NCBI GenBank assembly: GCA_965214605.1
Contig: OZ243961.1
Location: 96,001 to 160,000, forward strand
Reading direction: 5' to 3'
Length of the DNA stretch: 64,000 bases
Source: an uncultured Candidatus Binatia bacterium
Lineage (GTDB): Bacteria; Desulfobacterota; Binatia; Bin18
Each line of letters opens with the position of its first letter. The first letter of the stretch is position 1. The notes under the pieces were generated by a model that searched no databases, was not told the origin of the DNA, and worked only from the letters and a program-made list of their open reading frames with translations. Position numbers and translations under genes: made by a program. Shown one piece after another: positions 48,482-59,294 of this stretch.

Positions 48482-48895
48482 TTAGCGCCACTCGTAGATT
48501 TGGCCGCTGATTTCCATGGTCGAGAAATTCCCCAAGCCTTCAAAGCCGGCTATAGTGGTATTGAGCCAGGCGTAGGTTTGAGAGCGGGTCCTGAACTTGA
48601 CTGTTGTGCCGAAGCGGACCCGTCCGTCCCCGAGCGGCACGCTCATCCCCCCCGATTCGACCAGAATTGTCTCGCCCTGTTTGGTCGTCCAGATGCCGTA
48701 GTATTTTGTAGTGCTTGTCCCGTCCGGGTGGATCTGGACATAGTTGCTGCCGATTGCCGAGGTGTGCAGCCGGCCGGTCGAGGTTCCCGTCTGGGTGACC
48801 TCGTATTTGGCCCCAAACTCGGTGCCCTCAAACGGTAAGACTTTGACCGAAGTGATGGTGCCGGTGTACTCGCACAGTAATTCTCCAAGCGGCAT
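48482..48895 (-). CDS. Hypothetical beta-rich protein
   Basis: 137 aa, GGAGG RBS, co-oriented with the oxygenase; FRT..YAWLN motif. Confidence 0.7.
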   Translation of the reverse strand: MPLGELLCEYTGTITSVKVLPFEGTEFGAKYEVTQTGTSTGRLHTSAIGSNYVQIHPDGTSTTKYYGIWTTKQGETILVESGGMSVPLGDGRVRFGTTVKFRTRSQTYAWLNTTIAGFEGLGNFSTMEISGQIYEWR

Positions 48896-49034
48896 AGTCC
48901 GGGCCCCTCCCTATCCTAGGCCATACCACACTCCTGTCACGGCGGCAAAGCCGCTCCCCGCACTAGCCTTGCGTCGCTGGACGCTGTAGCCTGTTATCAC
49001 CTCTCCAGTGAGGACGCAGACGGCACGGTGATCT

Positions 49035-49655
49035 ATGAGCAATCCCCCTAATACAATCGTCTTCCGCCCTATGGTGGCCGCCGATGTCGGCACGGTGCCC
49101 ATCACCCACCAGGGCGAACTCGAAGAGGTGCGTCAGCGCATTGGTGATATCGGTTCCAGTGCGATTCTAGCGTTTGACGGCTCGCAACACGTCGGCCAAC
49201 TCCAGTTTCGCCGCTATGTCCCCGGTACCCGCTCGCCCCAGGGTTTGTGGCATCCCCTGTACTGGGCCGATTTTGGAGACCGGGGTGTAGGTTTGCCTGA
49301 ACAAACCTTGGCCGTATTTTGCTACCATGTGGGCCAGCTTGATGACACGGATGACAGAGACCCTCGTTATCAGGGCCGCGGCATTGGGCTCCGTCTGCTT
49401 GATGTCCTGCTTGACTGGGCGACTCGGGCCGGGTTTGAGGCGCTGGTGGCCAAAGCGGTTCCGGCTCCCCGTTCTATCATGGCTTTCATGGGCGGCCAAA
49501 CCACCCAAGCCTACCAGGGGCGCGGTTTTCAGCCGGTGGCCAGTTGGGTTGATGCCGAACTCAAAACGCTCGTTATTGACAGAGGGCTCGTCCCGTCTGG
49601 TATGAGCCCCGACGAGGCCGCTCGGGTGAGCTGTGTAGTGCGGCGTTTAGGCTAG
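49035..49655 (+). CDS. GNAT family N-acetyltransferase
   Basis: Acetyl-CoA motif PRYQGRGIGLRLL; YQGRGF. Confidence 0.8.
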   Translation: MSNPPNTIVFRPMVAADVGTVPITHQGELEEVRQRIGDIGSSAILAFDGSQHVGQLQFRRYVPGTRSPQGLWHPLYWADFGDRGVGLPEQTLAVFCYHVGQLDDTDDRDPRYQGRGIGLRLLDVLLDWATRAGFEALVAKAVPAPRSIMAFMGGQTTQAYQGRGFQPVASWVDAELKTLVIDRGLVPSGMSPDEAARVSCVVRRLG

Positions 49656-49850
49656 GCTTGAGCGGTCGTGGTCATGGGGGTTTTAAGTGCGACGTCAAGT
49701 GAAATGACCGTGGGAGCCCGCAGTGCTGAGCGGTCCCGCAAAAAAGTCGCCTGGGGTGGGTCAGCCGCTCGTCTTGAGTCGGGCGCTTGCGTGCCATGAG
49801 AGAAGATGGCACTTATCTTAGCCTCAACATCGCACAGGAGGAATGCTCGT

Positions 49851-51038
49851 ATGAGAGAAGCTGCCATCGTCTCTACCGCCCGGACCCCAATCGGAAAAGC
49901 GTATCGTGGGGCGTTCAATGATACCTCAGCACCGACCATGGCCGCCCCGGTCATCAAAGAAGCCCTCAAACGGGCGAAGGTCGAACCGAGTGAAGTCGAC
50001 GACCTCATTATGGGGGCGGCTCTGCAGGAAGGCACTCAGGGGTTTAATGTCGCTCGCCAGTGCGCTCTAGCGGCCGGACTGCCAGTCAGTGTTTCGGGCC
50101 AGACAATCGACCGCCAGTGTTCTTCAGGTCTGATGAGCGTCTCAATGGCGGCCAAGCAGATCATTGCCGATGGCATGCAGACCGTCCTAGCGGGTGGTAT
50201 TGAGTCAATCAGCCTGGTACAGAACGAACATCAGAACGTCTACCGGAGCGCCGACACCATTGCCCTGGCCAATGCGCCTGACCTGTACATGGCGATGATT
50301 GATACGGCCGAGGTGGTCTCCAAGCGCTACAACATCTCGCGTGAAGCGCAGGACGAGTACGCCCTCCAGAGCCAGATGCGGACGGCCGAGGCACAGCAGG
50401 CTGGGCGTTTTGACGACGAGATTATCCCCGTCAGCGTGACCAAGCTGTTTACCGATAAGGAGACCAGAGAACAGACCCGCCAAGAGGTCACCATCGGCCG
50501 AGACGAGTGTAACCGGCCGTCCACCACCGCGTCGGGCCTGGCAGCGCTGCCGCCGGTCATGGGCGAGGGGGGCTTTATTACGGCCGGCAACGCCAGCCAG
50601 CTGTCAGACGGCACCTCGGCCTGTGTGCTCATGGAACGTCAATATGCCCAGGAACGCGGTCTTGAACCGCTGGGCATGTATCGCGGTATGGCCGTGGCCG
50701 GGTGTGAGCCCGACGAAATGGGCATTGGCCCGATCTTTGCCGTGCCCAAGCTGCTCGAACGCAACGGGCTCACCATGGACGATATTGACCTGTGGGAGCT
50801 GAACGAAGCCTTTGCCTGTCAGGTCATTTACTGCCGTGACCAACTCGGTATTCCTAACGACAAGCTGAACGTGAACGGTGGTGCGATCTCGATCGGGCAT
50901 CCGTACGGTATGAGTGGCTCCCGCATGGTTGGACATGCCCTGATCGAGGGCCGACGGCGTGGGGCACGCTACGTCGTTATCACGATGTGTGTCGGTGGCG
51001 GTATGGGTGCGGCTGGTCTGTTTGAGGTGGCCTTATGA
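49851..51038 (+). CDS. Acetyl-CoA C-acyltransferase (thiolase)
   Basis: [36 protein letters not shown]. Confidence 0.96.
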   Translation: MREAAIVSTARTPIGKAYRGAFNDTSAPTMAAPVIKEALKRAKVEPSEVDDLIMGAALQEGTQGFNVARQCALAAGLPVSVSGQTIDRQCSSGLMSVSMAAKQIIADGMQTVLAGGIESISLVQNEHQNVYRSADTIALANAPDLYMAMIDTAEVVSKRYNISREAQDEYALQSQMRTAEAQQAGRFDDEIIPVSVTKLFTDKETREQTRQEVTIGRDECNRPSTTASGLAALPPVMGEGGFITAGNASQLSDGTSACVLMERQYAQERGLEPLGMYRGMAVAGCEPDEMGIGPIFAVPKLLERNGLTMDDIDLWELNEAFACQVIYCRDQLGIPNDKLNVNGGAISIGHPYGMSGSRMVGHALIEGRRRGARYVVITMCVGGGMGAAGLFEVAL

Positions 51039-51224
51039 TTATGCCCCTGAACAAAGGACGCGTCTCTTGCCGACGGGCAGCTGAAGCCCCGTGAGCTGCC
51101 TTATGAAGAAGACTCCTTGGCGTTCCCTCTGGCAGCAAGACCATTGACCCACGCCAGCCCAAAGAGGGTCATAGGGGAGTGGGCACCGTCTCTTGGTGTC
51201 AGGTGAGTTTTTAACCCTGAGCCG

Positions 51225-51257
51225 ATAAGCCGAAGATTTTCTTCGGCTTATTTTTTT
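51225..51257 (+). terminator. Rho-independent terminator
   Basis: ATAAGCCGAAG-ATTTT-CTTCGGCTTAT followed by a T-run, downstream of the thiolase. Confidence 0.75.
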
Positions 51258-51996
51258 ATCGGGTGGTTTTCTTGGAGGTCTGCCTATATCGGCGAGCAAT
51301 TTTCATCGCTAGATATGTCGATGTGTTGACATAAAGAATGAGGAGTCCGGGTGGACTATCCCAAAATTCGTCAATGGGATAGCCACGGCCATTGCAACCA
51401 AAACGTCGCCTGGGCTGGATTTATTCCGGACGCATCACCGCGACGGCCTCCCTTGTAGAGCAGTCCTCTCAGCGACCCTGAAAAGGACCGTTAGGCAAAC
51501 ACTTGTTCCTCAACAGGCTCATATTGAACGTTTTCGGCGAAGAGAAGGCCGGGGAAGCGATAAGCGCGTCCAGTACGAGTATTGGCCCGGCCTCGACTGC
51601 TTACCACGCTCATGCTTCTCCGCTGGATTCTCCCTCAGTTCCAGGCCATCACCCCAGGACCGCTCCTTGGACGATTGAGTACTTTCTGCTTTGTCTTGCC
51701 CGGCAAATTTCTCCCTCTTGGCTCTCTTAGGAATAGCGGACGAGAGCTGTCCTAGAGATGAGAATTTTTCTAGTCGGATGGCTTGCCTGTAGGCTGTATT
51801 TCTCTATCCGCTCGGACCTTCTCTCTCTTAGAGGCTGCCACACTTGCTGTCCTATTGCTTAGGAGAGCTCTCCAGTACGACATCTCTGGCAGTTTTTCGA
51901 GGTCTGGCACTGGCTGAGGGGGGATTTCATGCTCTTGACAGGACTCATGGGTGTCTGCTCCTGTGGGAGCAAACGTTTCTCAAAGGGGGAGCAGGT

Positions 51997-53118
51997 ATGC
52001 GATTCATCGACGGTGATGGGCATTTTATCGAACCATTGGACGTATTTGAGCGGTATACGGATCGAGCCTTCCGCGAGCGGACTATGCGGATGGGGGAAGA
52101 CGCCGAGGGGATCAAGCGGCTCATTGTCGATGGCAAACCCATGCAGACGATTGATGTAGACGAGCTGCTAGCAGCAGTCGTCGGCTACGGCCAGAAAGAG
52201 GCCGGCAAGGACTTGTCCACTTTTGACCGCTACTTGGGGTACTCCGATGCCTGGCAAGATATGGGCAAGCGCGTCACCTATTTAAACGAAGAGGGCTTTG
52301 ATTACCAAGTCATCTATCCGACCCTAGGTCTGTTCTGGGAGGGACAGGTCGAAGACCCGTATTTGGCCGATGCCCTGTGTCGCGCCTATAATACCTGGGC
52401 CTTTGAAATATGCGCCGGCCGCCTTGACCGCCTTATTCCGGCCGCCCATATCTCACTGCGCGACCCAGACTTGGCCGTCCGCGAAATGGAACGGGTGGCC
52501 AAGCTCGGGTGTCGGACGATCTTTATTGCGGCCGCTCCGATCAACGGCAAAAGCTTTGGGCATCCGGATTTTGATCCGGCCTGGGCCACTGCCCAGAGCC
52601 TAGACCTCAGTATCGGCCTCCACCTGGTCATCCACGGGAAATACACCGGCAGTGAGTATTACGAAGGGGTGAATCCGGGCTTCATGTACGTAACCATGAA
52701 CATTATCCAGGACCCGCGTCAGGCCCTGACCACGCTGGTGTATGACGGGGTGTTCGAGCGTTTTCCCAAACTGCGCGTGGCCACTATTGAAGCCATGGTC
52801 GGCTGGGTCGGCGAATGGCTGGAGCGGCTCGATTATCGCTTCAAGTACATGGGCCACACTTCGCAGATGAAGCGACCGGCGAGCGAATATCTGGCCCGCA
52901 ATATCTGGATCAATGGGGACCCGGAAGAGAAGATGTTTCCTTTGATGGTGCAGTTTCTGGGCGACGACCGCTTTTTTACCGGCTCGGACTATCCCCACGC
53001 GGAAGGCTTTGTGCAGCCGATTCAGAAAATCCGCAAGGTGCTGTCGTCACTGCCGACCGCGTCGGTGGATAAGGTCTTGGGCGATAACGGGAGGAAGTTC
53101 TACGGGATTCGTTCCTAG
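51997..53118 (+). CDS. Amidohydrolase_2 family protein
   Basis: IDGDGHFIEP, QVIYPT, AYNTW, VFERFPKLR, GSDYPHAEG. Confidence 0.92.
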   Translation: MRFIDGDGHFIEPLDVFERYTDRAFRERTMRMGEDAEGIKRLIVDGKPMQTIDVDELLAAVVGYGQKEAGKDLSTFDRYLGYSDAWQDMGKRVTYLNEEGFDYQVIYPTLGLFWEGQVEDPYLADALCRAYNTWAFEICAGRLDRLIPAAHISLRDPDLAVREMERVAKLGCRTIFIAAAPINGKSFGHPDFDPAWATAQSLDLSIGLHLVIHGKYTGSEYYEGVNPGFMYVTMNIIQDPRQALTTLVYDGVFERFPKLRVATIEAMVGWVGEWLERLDYRFKYMGHTSQMKRPASEYLARNIWINGDPEEKMFPLMVQFLGDDRFFTGSDYPHAEGFVQPIQKIRKVLSSLPTASVDKVLGDNGRKFYGIRS

Positions 53119-53154
53119 CACCCGCTCCAAGCGGCTGTTTGAAGACGCCCGCTC

Positions 53155-54180
53155 TCAGTTCGCTCGGGGCCACATCGCCGCTCCCGATGTGGCCAGCCAC
53201 TTCACTAAAGCCGCGCTGACCTCGACCGGCTTCTCTTGCGCCATCCAGTGTCCTGTTCGCAGCGTGACCTCGGTGAGATTGCGACAGTAGTGGCGCATGG
53301 GTTCGGCAAGCCGGGAGTGCGTGCACTCACACACATAGTCGTAGCGAGCATTCAGAAATAAGACCGGCAGGTCGAGGTAGCCGTCGTTCTGAGCGGTCAG
53401 GGCGTAGGCCGCGTTGGCCGCGTGGTTCATATACCACGAACTGGGTCCAAAAAAGCCGTTGCGCTCCAGGGCTGAGACATAGCTGCTCAACTCTTCGGCG
53501 CTGACAATATCGTCATCCCGGGGCAGATCAGGAATCTCTTGCCGGCCAATCATGCCGCGCTCACGCCGCGCCGTTGCCGTCATCGCCCGTTGCCCCTCGC
53601 CATCCGGGTTGCCTTTGCGAAACAGCAGTTTGACAAAGGCCGAGACATTGGCGTCCATGGGGGCGATTGCTTCATCAAAGCTCTCTTCATAGTAGCGCAT
53701 ATAGTCCCATTGAGCGGCCGGGAATTCGTCCTCGGGATACAGCTCGCGGTCGGCCAAACTCAGGGTATGAGCCAGCCCCCGCTCAAGTGTGTAGTAGGGC
53801 ACACAGAGATTTGAGACCGCGTGGCAACGATCCGGGTGGTGGCTGGCGAGGTTCCACACCACCGGACTTCCCCAATCGTGGCCGACCCACACCGCTTTGT
53901 CCGTGCCTAAGGAGTCCAGCAGGCCAAGCATGTCGCCAACGATCTTCTCCTGGGCGTAGTCATTGTGCTGGGTATACACGGATGAGCGCCCATAGCCGCG
54001 CATATCCGGGGCAATAGCGCGAAAGCCCAGCGCGGCAAGGACGGGCAGCTGATGGCGCCAGCTAATCGAGAGTTCCGGCCAGCCGTGGACAAAGATGATC
54101 ACCGGACCGTCTTCAGGACCGGCGGCGAGATAGAATGTTGTATGGGTGTCCGTTTTGACCGTGTGTTCGGTGATTGCCAT
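53155..54180 (-). CDS. Epoxide hydrolase-like alpha/beta hydrolase
   Basis: HGWPE, APDMRGYG, GHDWG, GHWMAQEKP. Confidence 0.92.
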   Translation of the reverse strand: MAITEHTVKTDTHTTFYLAAGPEDGPVIIFVHGWPELSISWRHQLPVLAALGFRAIAPDMRGYGRSSVYTQHNDYAQEKIVGDMLGLLDSLGTDKAVWVGHDWGSPVVWNLASHHPDRCHAVSNLCVPYYTLERGLAHTLSLADRELYPEDEFPAAQWDYMRYYEESFDEAIAPMDANVSAFVKLLFRKGNPDGEGQRAMTATARRERGMIGRQEIPDLPRDDDIVSAEELSSYVSALERNGFFGPSSWYMNHAANAAYALTAQNDGYLDLPVLFLNARYDYVCECTHSRLAEPMRHYCRNLTEVTLRTGHWMAQEKPVEVSAALVKWLATSGAAMWPRAN

Positions 54181-54203
54181 GTTTTGTCTCCTTGGTGAAA
54201 AGC

Positions 54204-55397
54204 TCAAAAGAGCGCGCCACCCTTTAACTCCTGCCCTAATAACAGCCGCCCATAGGACTCGAGTTTGCCGTCGAGATCAAAGACAAAGTGACACGCCAAG
54301 GTGTTTAGGTCGCGTTGCGTACGCTGTAGCGGATTGTTCTGAAAATGGACGTGCGCGCCGCTCGCTTCGACGATGTCTTGAACAATTTTTTTACACTGCT
54401 GGACGGCCAGCGCCAGCTGGGTGGCCCAGCGAGCCCGGTCTTCAAGCGTGGCCGTGTTGCGCTTGGTGCATATGTCTTCAACTAAATGCCGCAGCAGCAG
54501 CTCGGTCTCACACACCTCGATTTCGGCTCGGGCGAGCCGCATCTGTGAGGCAGGCCGCTCGGCCTGTTTGTTGGTGTCGAGCAACACTCGCTCGGTCAGC
54601 CGTTCTCGAAACAGCCGGAGCGCCGTTTTCGCCTGGCCCAGGGCGGGCATGGTCGCGGCCAGGGTTAGGATCGGCATCATTGGTGTCCGGTACAGCGGAC
54701 CGGCATGGATGCGGGAGCCAGGCCCATGGCCGCTCATCATCTCCCGCATTGACACCGCCCGCTCTTCAGGGATGAAGACGTTATCAATGACCACATCGTT
54801 GCTCCCCGTGCCGATCATGCCATCGACATACCAGGTGTCTTCCACCCTGACCTCAGAGACCGGCAAGGCGAACCAGCGCGGCTCGGGTCGGCCGTCAGGC
54901 CGTATCTCAGTGGCAGCCGGGATCACCCAGTCGCCGTGCATCACGCCCGTCCCCCATTGCCAGCGGCCGTTAATACGAAATCCGCCCTTTTCCGGACTGA
55001 CCGTGGCGGTCGGCGAAATCATGGCCGGGGCAAGAACGTAGGTGCGCGTGGCAAACAGATCTTTTTGAAACGACTCGGGAAACTGGCTAAAGATCCAGTT
55101 GTGCTCAATGTAAAAATTAGACACCCAGGCGGTTGAGGCGTCACCCTCGCCCAGGGCCACCCCTACATCGAAGAAGGTATCCATATCCAGCTCCAGCCCA
55201 CCGTAGCATTTAGGCACCATCAGCTTGTAAATCTCGGCCTTCTCTATGGCGTTGATAACGCTATCGACCGGCTTACGCTGCCGTTCGGCTTCGGCCGCGT
55301 GTTCGGCCAGCAGCGGAATCAGGGCTCGGGCACGTTTGACTAGCTCCGGACCGGTTGGAGAGGACGGATGGGTATCGTGGCGTCCGGCTGTTGACAT
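54204..55397 (-). CDS. Flavin-dependent monooxygenase, acyl-CoA dehydrogenase fold (HsaA-like)
   Basis: PKCYGG, ASTAWV, GRWQWGTG..HGDW, DTWYVDGMIGTGSND, NPLQR..RD. Confidence 0.88.
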   Translation of the reverse strand: MSTAGRHDTHPSSPTGPELVKRARALIPLLAEHAAEAERQRKPVDSVINAIEKAEIYKLMVPKCYGGLELDMDTFFDVGVALGEGDASTAWVSNFYIEHNWIFSQFPESFQKDLFATRTYVLAPAMISPTATVSPEKGGFRINGRWQWGTGVMHGDWVIPAATEIRPDGRPEPRWFALPVSEVRVEDTWYVDGMIGTGSNDVVIDNVFIPEERAVSMREMMSGHGPGSRIHAGPLYRTPMMPILTLAATMPALGQAKTALRLFRERLTERVLLDTNKQAERPASQMRLARAEIEVCETELLLRHLVEDICTKRNTATLEDRARWATQLALAVQQCKKIVQDIVEASGAHVHFQNNPLQRTQRDLNTLACHFVFDLDGKLESYGRLLLGQELKGGALF

Positions 55398-55548
55398 GAG
55401 TCTGTCCTTTCCCTTGACAGGGTGGTCGTGTAGGTTGTCTATATACCATCAGGCTCGGGCGTACGCCTAGCCCTCAGGAGTTTTCTTGGTGAAGGGTTTG
55501 GCCTAGAATACACGGCCCGTTGTCTGAGAGGATGCAAGGAGGAACGGC

Positions 55549-56838
55549 ATGACAAGAACCGTCACAAACGGCTCTGTAACGAGGATAAATGGCGAGGCTG
55601 AGAGCTTGAAATGGCACGATCGCTATCCACATCTTGACCGGGGGCCGGTCGCGGCCGAGGTCTTCACCTCCCCTGAGCAGTTTGAGCTGGAGCGGGAGCA
55701 TATCTTTAAGAAGGTCTGGCTCAACGTTGGCCGGGTTGAGCAGATTCCCAATCCGGGTGACTATCTGGTGAGAGATATTGCTATGTGTCAGACCTCAATC
55801 CTGGTCGTGCGCGACCAAGAAGGTCAGGTACACGCCTTCCACAATATGTGCTCCCACCGCGGCAATAAGATCGCCTGGAATGAGCGGGGCCAGTGTCAGA
55901 TGTTCACCTGCAAGTTTCACGGTTGGTCGTACGCTTTGGACGGCGCGCTCAAATTCGTTCCTGATGAAGAGAATTTTTTTGATCTGCAAAAAGACCAACT
56001 CGGCCTGACAGCGGTCGCCTGCGAGGTGTGGCAGGGATTCATTTTCATCAACCTCGCTCCTCAGCCTCAGGAGACCCTTTCGGAATATCTGGGGGAATTG
56101 GGCAGCGGCTTGGACGGCTATCCGTTTGACGAAGTTTCGGCCACCAGCGCTTCGTGGACAACCGAGGTGCGGGCTAACTGGAAAGTGGTGAAGGACGCCT
56201 TTCAGGAGATCTACCACGTTGGCTTTCTCCACCGTCGTTCCGCTCCCGATTCTTTTACTAGCAAGACCAATCCGTACGGGCACGCTCTCGACTTTCGGCT
56301 CTATCCCCGCCACGGCAGCGCTTCGGTCTTTGGCAACATGGAGGTTGAGCCGACTCCGGTGGCGTCCTTGGCGTTCAAGCATGGGACCTTTCTCATCCGC
56401 AAAGATTTTAACATGGACGCGCTGCCGGCCGGGGTGAATCCCCTCCGACACGACCAGTGGACCTTGGATCTCAACGTCATTTTTCCGTGCTTTTTTGTCG
56501 ATGTGTCCGAGGGTTCGTATTTCACCCATAATTTCTGGCCGATCGCGGTCGATCGGACGATCTGGCACTCCACCCAGTACTTTCCTCGGGCAAAAACCGT
56601 GGGGCAGCGTTTTATGCAGGAGGACGGCCACGTGTTGTTCCGTGATATTATCTTGGAAGACGGTCGGACTTTGGAAGAAACCCAGCGGATGCTTGGCTCA
56701 GGGGCCAAAAAGGGATTCTATCTGCAGGATGAAGAAATCCTGGTCCGCCATAGTCACCACGTGGTTGAACAGATGATCGCCGATCAGCCCGTTTCGGCCG
56801 TTTCTGAAGGGAACGGAAAAGAGGCCGCCCATGCCTGA
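55549..56838 (+). CDS. Rieske aromatic ring-hydroxylating oxygenase, alpha subunit
   Basis: Rieske CSHRG..CKFHGW; mononuclear iron NWK..EIYHVGFLH..ED. Confidence 0.94.
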   Translation: MTRTVTNGSVTRINGEAESLKWHDRYPHLDRGPVAAEVFTSPEQFELEREHIFKKVWLNVGRVEQIPNPGDYLVRDIAMCQTSILVVRDQEGQVHAFHNMCSHRGNKIAWNERGQCQMFTCKFHGWSYALDGALKFVPDEENFFDLQKDQLGLTAVACEVWQGFIFINLAPQPQETLSEYLGELGSGLDGYPFDEVSATSASWTTEVRANWKVVKDAFQEIYHVGFLHRRSAPDSFTSKTNPYGHALDFRLYPRHGSASVFGNMEVEPTPVASLAFKHGTFLIRKDFNMDALPAGVNPLRHDQWTLDLNVIFPCFFVDVSEGSYFTHNFWPIAVDRTIWHSTQYFPRAKTVGQRFMQEDGHVLFRDIILEDGRTLEETQRMLGSGAKKGFYLQDEEILVRHSHHVVEQMIADQPVSAVSEGNGKEAAHA

Positions 56839-57166
56839 GCCTGGTCTGCCCGAGGCTTTCCGCGACCTGGAGCCGTGGCTGGCCTGGTGCTTAGCAACTG
56901 AGAAGGAACGCAGTGACAAGCGTCAGGTCAGCAGCCTGGCCGAGCTGCAGGCGTTTTATGACAGCGTGTTGACCCGGATGGAAGACATCTTTGCCTATGT
57001 AGAGCAATTCCCGCTGGATGATCTGCCCGCTGAGGCTCACCGTCTCTTCTTGTTGACGCTCTCTTTAGCTGAGGTTGCGCCGGCGATCGAACAGTTTGGT
57101 CAGCCGCAGGTAATTGACGGCTACGATATACAGCGGGTGACCGCGGTCCGGCGAGGAATCAGCTAA
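56831..57166 (+). CDS. Small helical protein coupled to the Rieske oxygenase
   Basis: GAGG RBS, 8-bp overlap with the Rieske gene end; LPEAFRDLEPW..R..SSLAELQAFYD. Confidence 0.8.
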   Translation: MPEPGLPEAFRDLEPWLAWCLATEKERSDKRQVSSLAELQAFYDSVLTRMEDIFAYVEQFPLDDLPAEAHRLFLLTLSLAEVAPAIEQFGQPQVIDGYDIQRVTAVRRGIS

Positions 57167-57277
57167 ATGAGTACTTGTCGTTTGCTCCTCTTTTCTTGAG
57201 GCGACGGTGAGGATAATAGAAAAATATCCCAGGTACACCCAAAAGCTGGGAGAAGCTGCAAGTGAGGAGGATAGCGT

Positions 57278-58627
57278 ATGCATTTTATGTGGTTTACTGA
57301 ACGGGCCTATCATTATGATCCTGAAGAGGATCCGGCCAGATACAATGAACTTGAAACCGACATCGTCCGTAGACGAAGCTTCTTTGGCGCGCCCAACCGT
57401 CTGTTTGATCCCAAACACGGCGCCCGGCTCCTGAACCAGTATTTGGACGAGAAGATTTATACCGATCAAGAGCTGCTGAATTTTGACGGTGTGATGCTCA
57501 ATGAGCACCACGGGACGCCGTTCTGCTTGGGCGCGGTTATGGACGTTGAGGCCTCCATTCTGGCCAAGGCCACCAAGCGGGTCAAAATTGCCCTGCTTGG
57601 CAATCCCGTACCGACCGTGTCCAACGCCCTGCGTTTAGCCGAAGAGCTGGCCATGATTGATCTCGTTTCAGAGGGACGTATGGTTACCGGCTGGGTACGC
57701 GGCGCTGGCTCTGAGCAACTCGCCAACAACGCCAATCCCGCCCTCAACCGAGAGTATTTCGAGGAAGGTATTGACTTTATCATCAAAGCTTGGACGACCC
57801 CTGGTCCGTTCCGCTATGAGGGCAAACACTTCCACTTCCGCCATGTCAATCCGTGGGTGTTGCCCCATCAGCAGCCCCATCCACAGATGTGGATTCCCGG
57901 CCTGATCAGTCCCGACACAGTCTTCTGGTGCGCCAAGCGGCGCTACCCCTACGTTGCGCTCGCCACCCGTCTGGAACCAACGCTGGAGTTGTGGGATTTT
58001 TACGCCAAGGCGGCAGCCCGCGAGGGCTACCAAGCCGGGCCCGAGAACTTTGGCTATCTGCAGCCGGTGATGGTTGCCGATACCCAGGAACGGGCCGAGG
58101 AACTAGGCAAACGCATTCTGTACGGCGGGGCTTTTGCCCACTTTGCCCGTCCGGAATGGATGTTCCCGCCGGGCTATAATTCAAAGGCGGCGACCCGCCG
58201 TTTGGCCCAGAGCAATTTTGGCATCAATGCGTCCGCCAAGCCCCTGTACGGCGACGGCTTCGAAGAGACCGATGAAGAGGTCGAAGGGGTCAAGGAGACG
58301 ATCTATAATAGCTATCCCGATGTGCTCAAAGATATGGTCATGATCGCTGGGACGCCGGACGATGTCATTCCCAAACTCAAGAAGATTCAGGATATTCTGC
58401 GGCCCGGTATCTTTTCCTTTTGGCTCGACGGTCCGGTCTCGGCCAAGGACCGCAGGCGGTGCTTGGAGTTGATCAACCGCGATGTCATTCCGGCCATGCG
58501 TGAGCACGGCAAATCGCTCGGTCTCGTGAGCCCGTATGAGCGGGTCCCCGGTTCGGTCCCGTTGAACGGCAGCGAGCCGGCTCCGGTGAGCGACCCGCAG
58601 GCTTTGGCCGAGCTGATGGCGGCCTGA
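57278..58627 (+). CDS. LLM-class flavin-dependent oxidoreductase
   Basis: MLNEHH, RLAEELAMIDLVSEGR..GWVRG, QQPHPQMW. Confidence 0.92.
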   Translation: MHFMWFTERAYHYDPEEDPARYNELETDIVRRRSFFGAPNRLFDPKHGARLLNQYLDEKIYTDQELLNFDGVMLNEHHGTPFCLGAVMDVEASILAKATKRVKIALLGNPVPTVSNALRLAEELAMIDLVSEGRMVTGWVRGAGSEQLANNANPALNREYFEEGIDFIIKAWTTPGPFRYEGKHFHFRHVNPWVLPHQQPHPQMWIPGLISPDTVFWCAKRRYPYVALATRLEPTLELWDFYAKAAAREGYQAGPENFGYLQPVMVADTQERAEELGKRILYGGAFAHFARPEWMFPPGYNSKAATRRLAQSNFGINASAKPLYGDGFEETDEEVEGVKETIYNSYPDVLKDMVMIAGTPDDVIPKLKKIQDILRPGIFSFWLDGPVSAKDRRRCLELINRDVIPAMREHGKSLGLVSPYERVPGSVPLNGSEPAPVSDPQALAELMAA

Positions 58628-59294
58628 GGCTTTCTTTCCTGGCAGGGCGAGAGTCTTGCCAGACAGAAAACCTCAGATACTCCCCTTCGATACATCCACT
58701 TCCCGTTTGAGTCCTGGAAGCCGACGGGTTTAATACCGTCTAGGCTGAAGCCCCGGGGGGCCGTGTTGCGTGAGGGCAATCCTGGGCTTTCCCAAGTAAG
58801 GTCCTAGTATGAACCGGTAGGAAGTCTGCACCCGCCCGGAATGATAAAACCTCTCCTCTAAAATTGCGCTCTCTGGACAGGAGAAGGAGCCTCCCACCAA
58901 AGAGTCTACCATGCCGTGCTCTCAGGAACGATTGCCGTTCTCTTAGGTCGGCCCGGAGACGTCAGGCCCGACACAGTCTTATGGGACAATTCTCACCGAA
59001 CGCGTACTCTGGAGCTCCTCGGGGACAAAAGTGACCGTTGGGGCCTGGGCCTCAGCAGAGCCCCGCCATCAGACCAGGGACGAAGCAGAATGCTCGGTCG
59101 CTTCCGGCGTCTGTGTGGAAATCCTGTCTCTGAGCAATACCTGAGGAAGAAGTTCAGGAGAAAAAAGCGTGGACAGGAGAACCGGCGAAAAGAGTTCCGA
59201 CGCTATAACCGGACTCTCTTGAGTATTTTGACCGCTCAGGACCCATTGCTCGGTCTGCCGTCTTCCCCGATTTTCCGCCGTACAAGTTGGATGT

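Noticed and set aside
58700-58745. Resemblance to the 3' half of a TPP riboswitch (CCCGTTTGA..TAATACC..TAGG)
   Set aside because: Lacks the CTGAGA and GAACCTGAT core and is not upstream of a thiamine gene.
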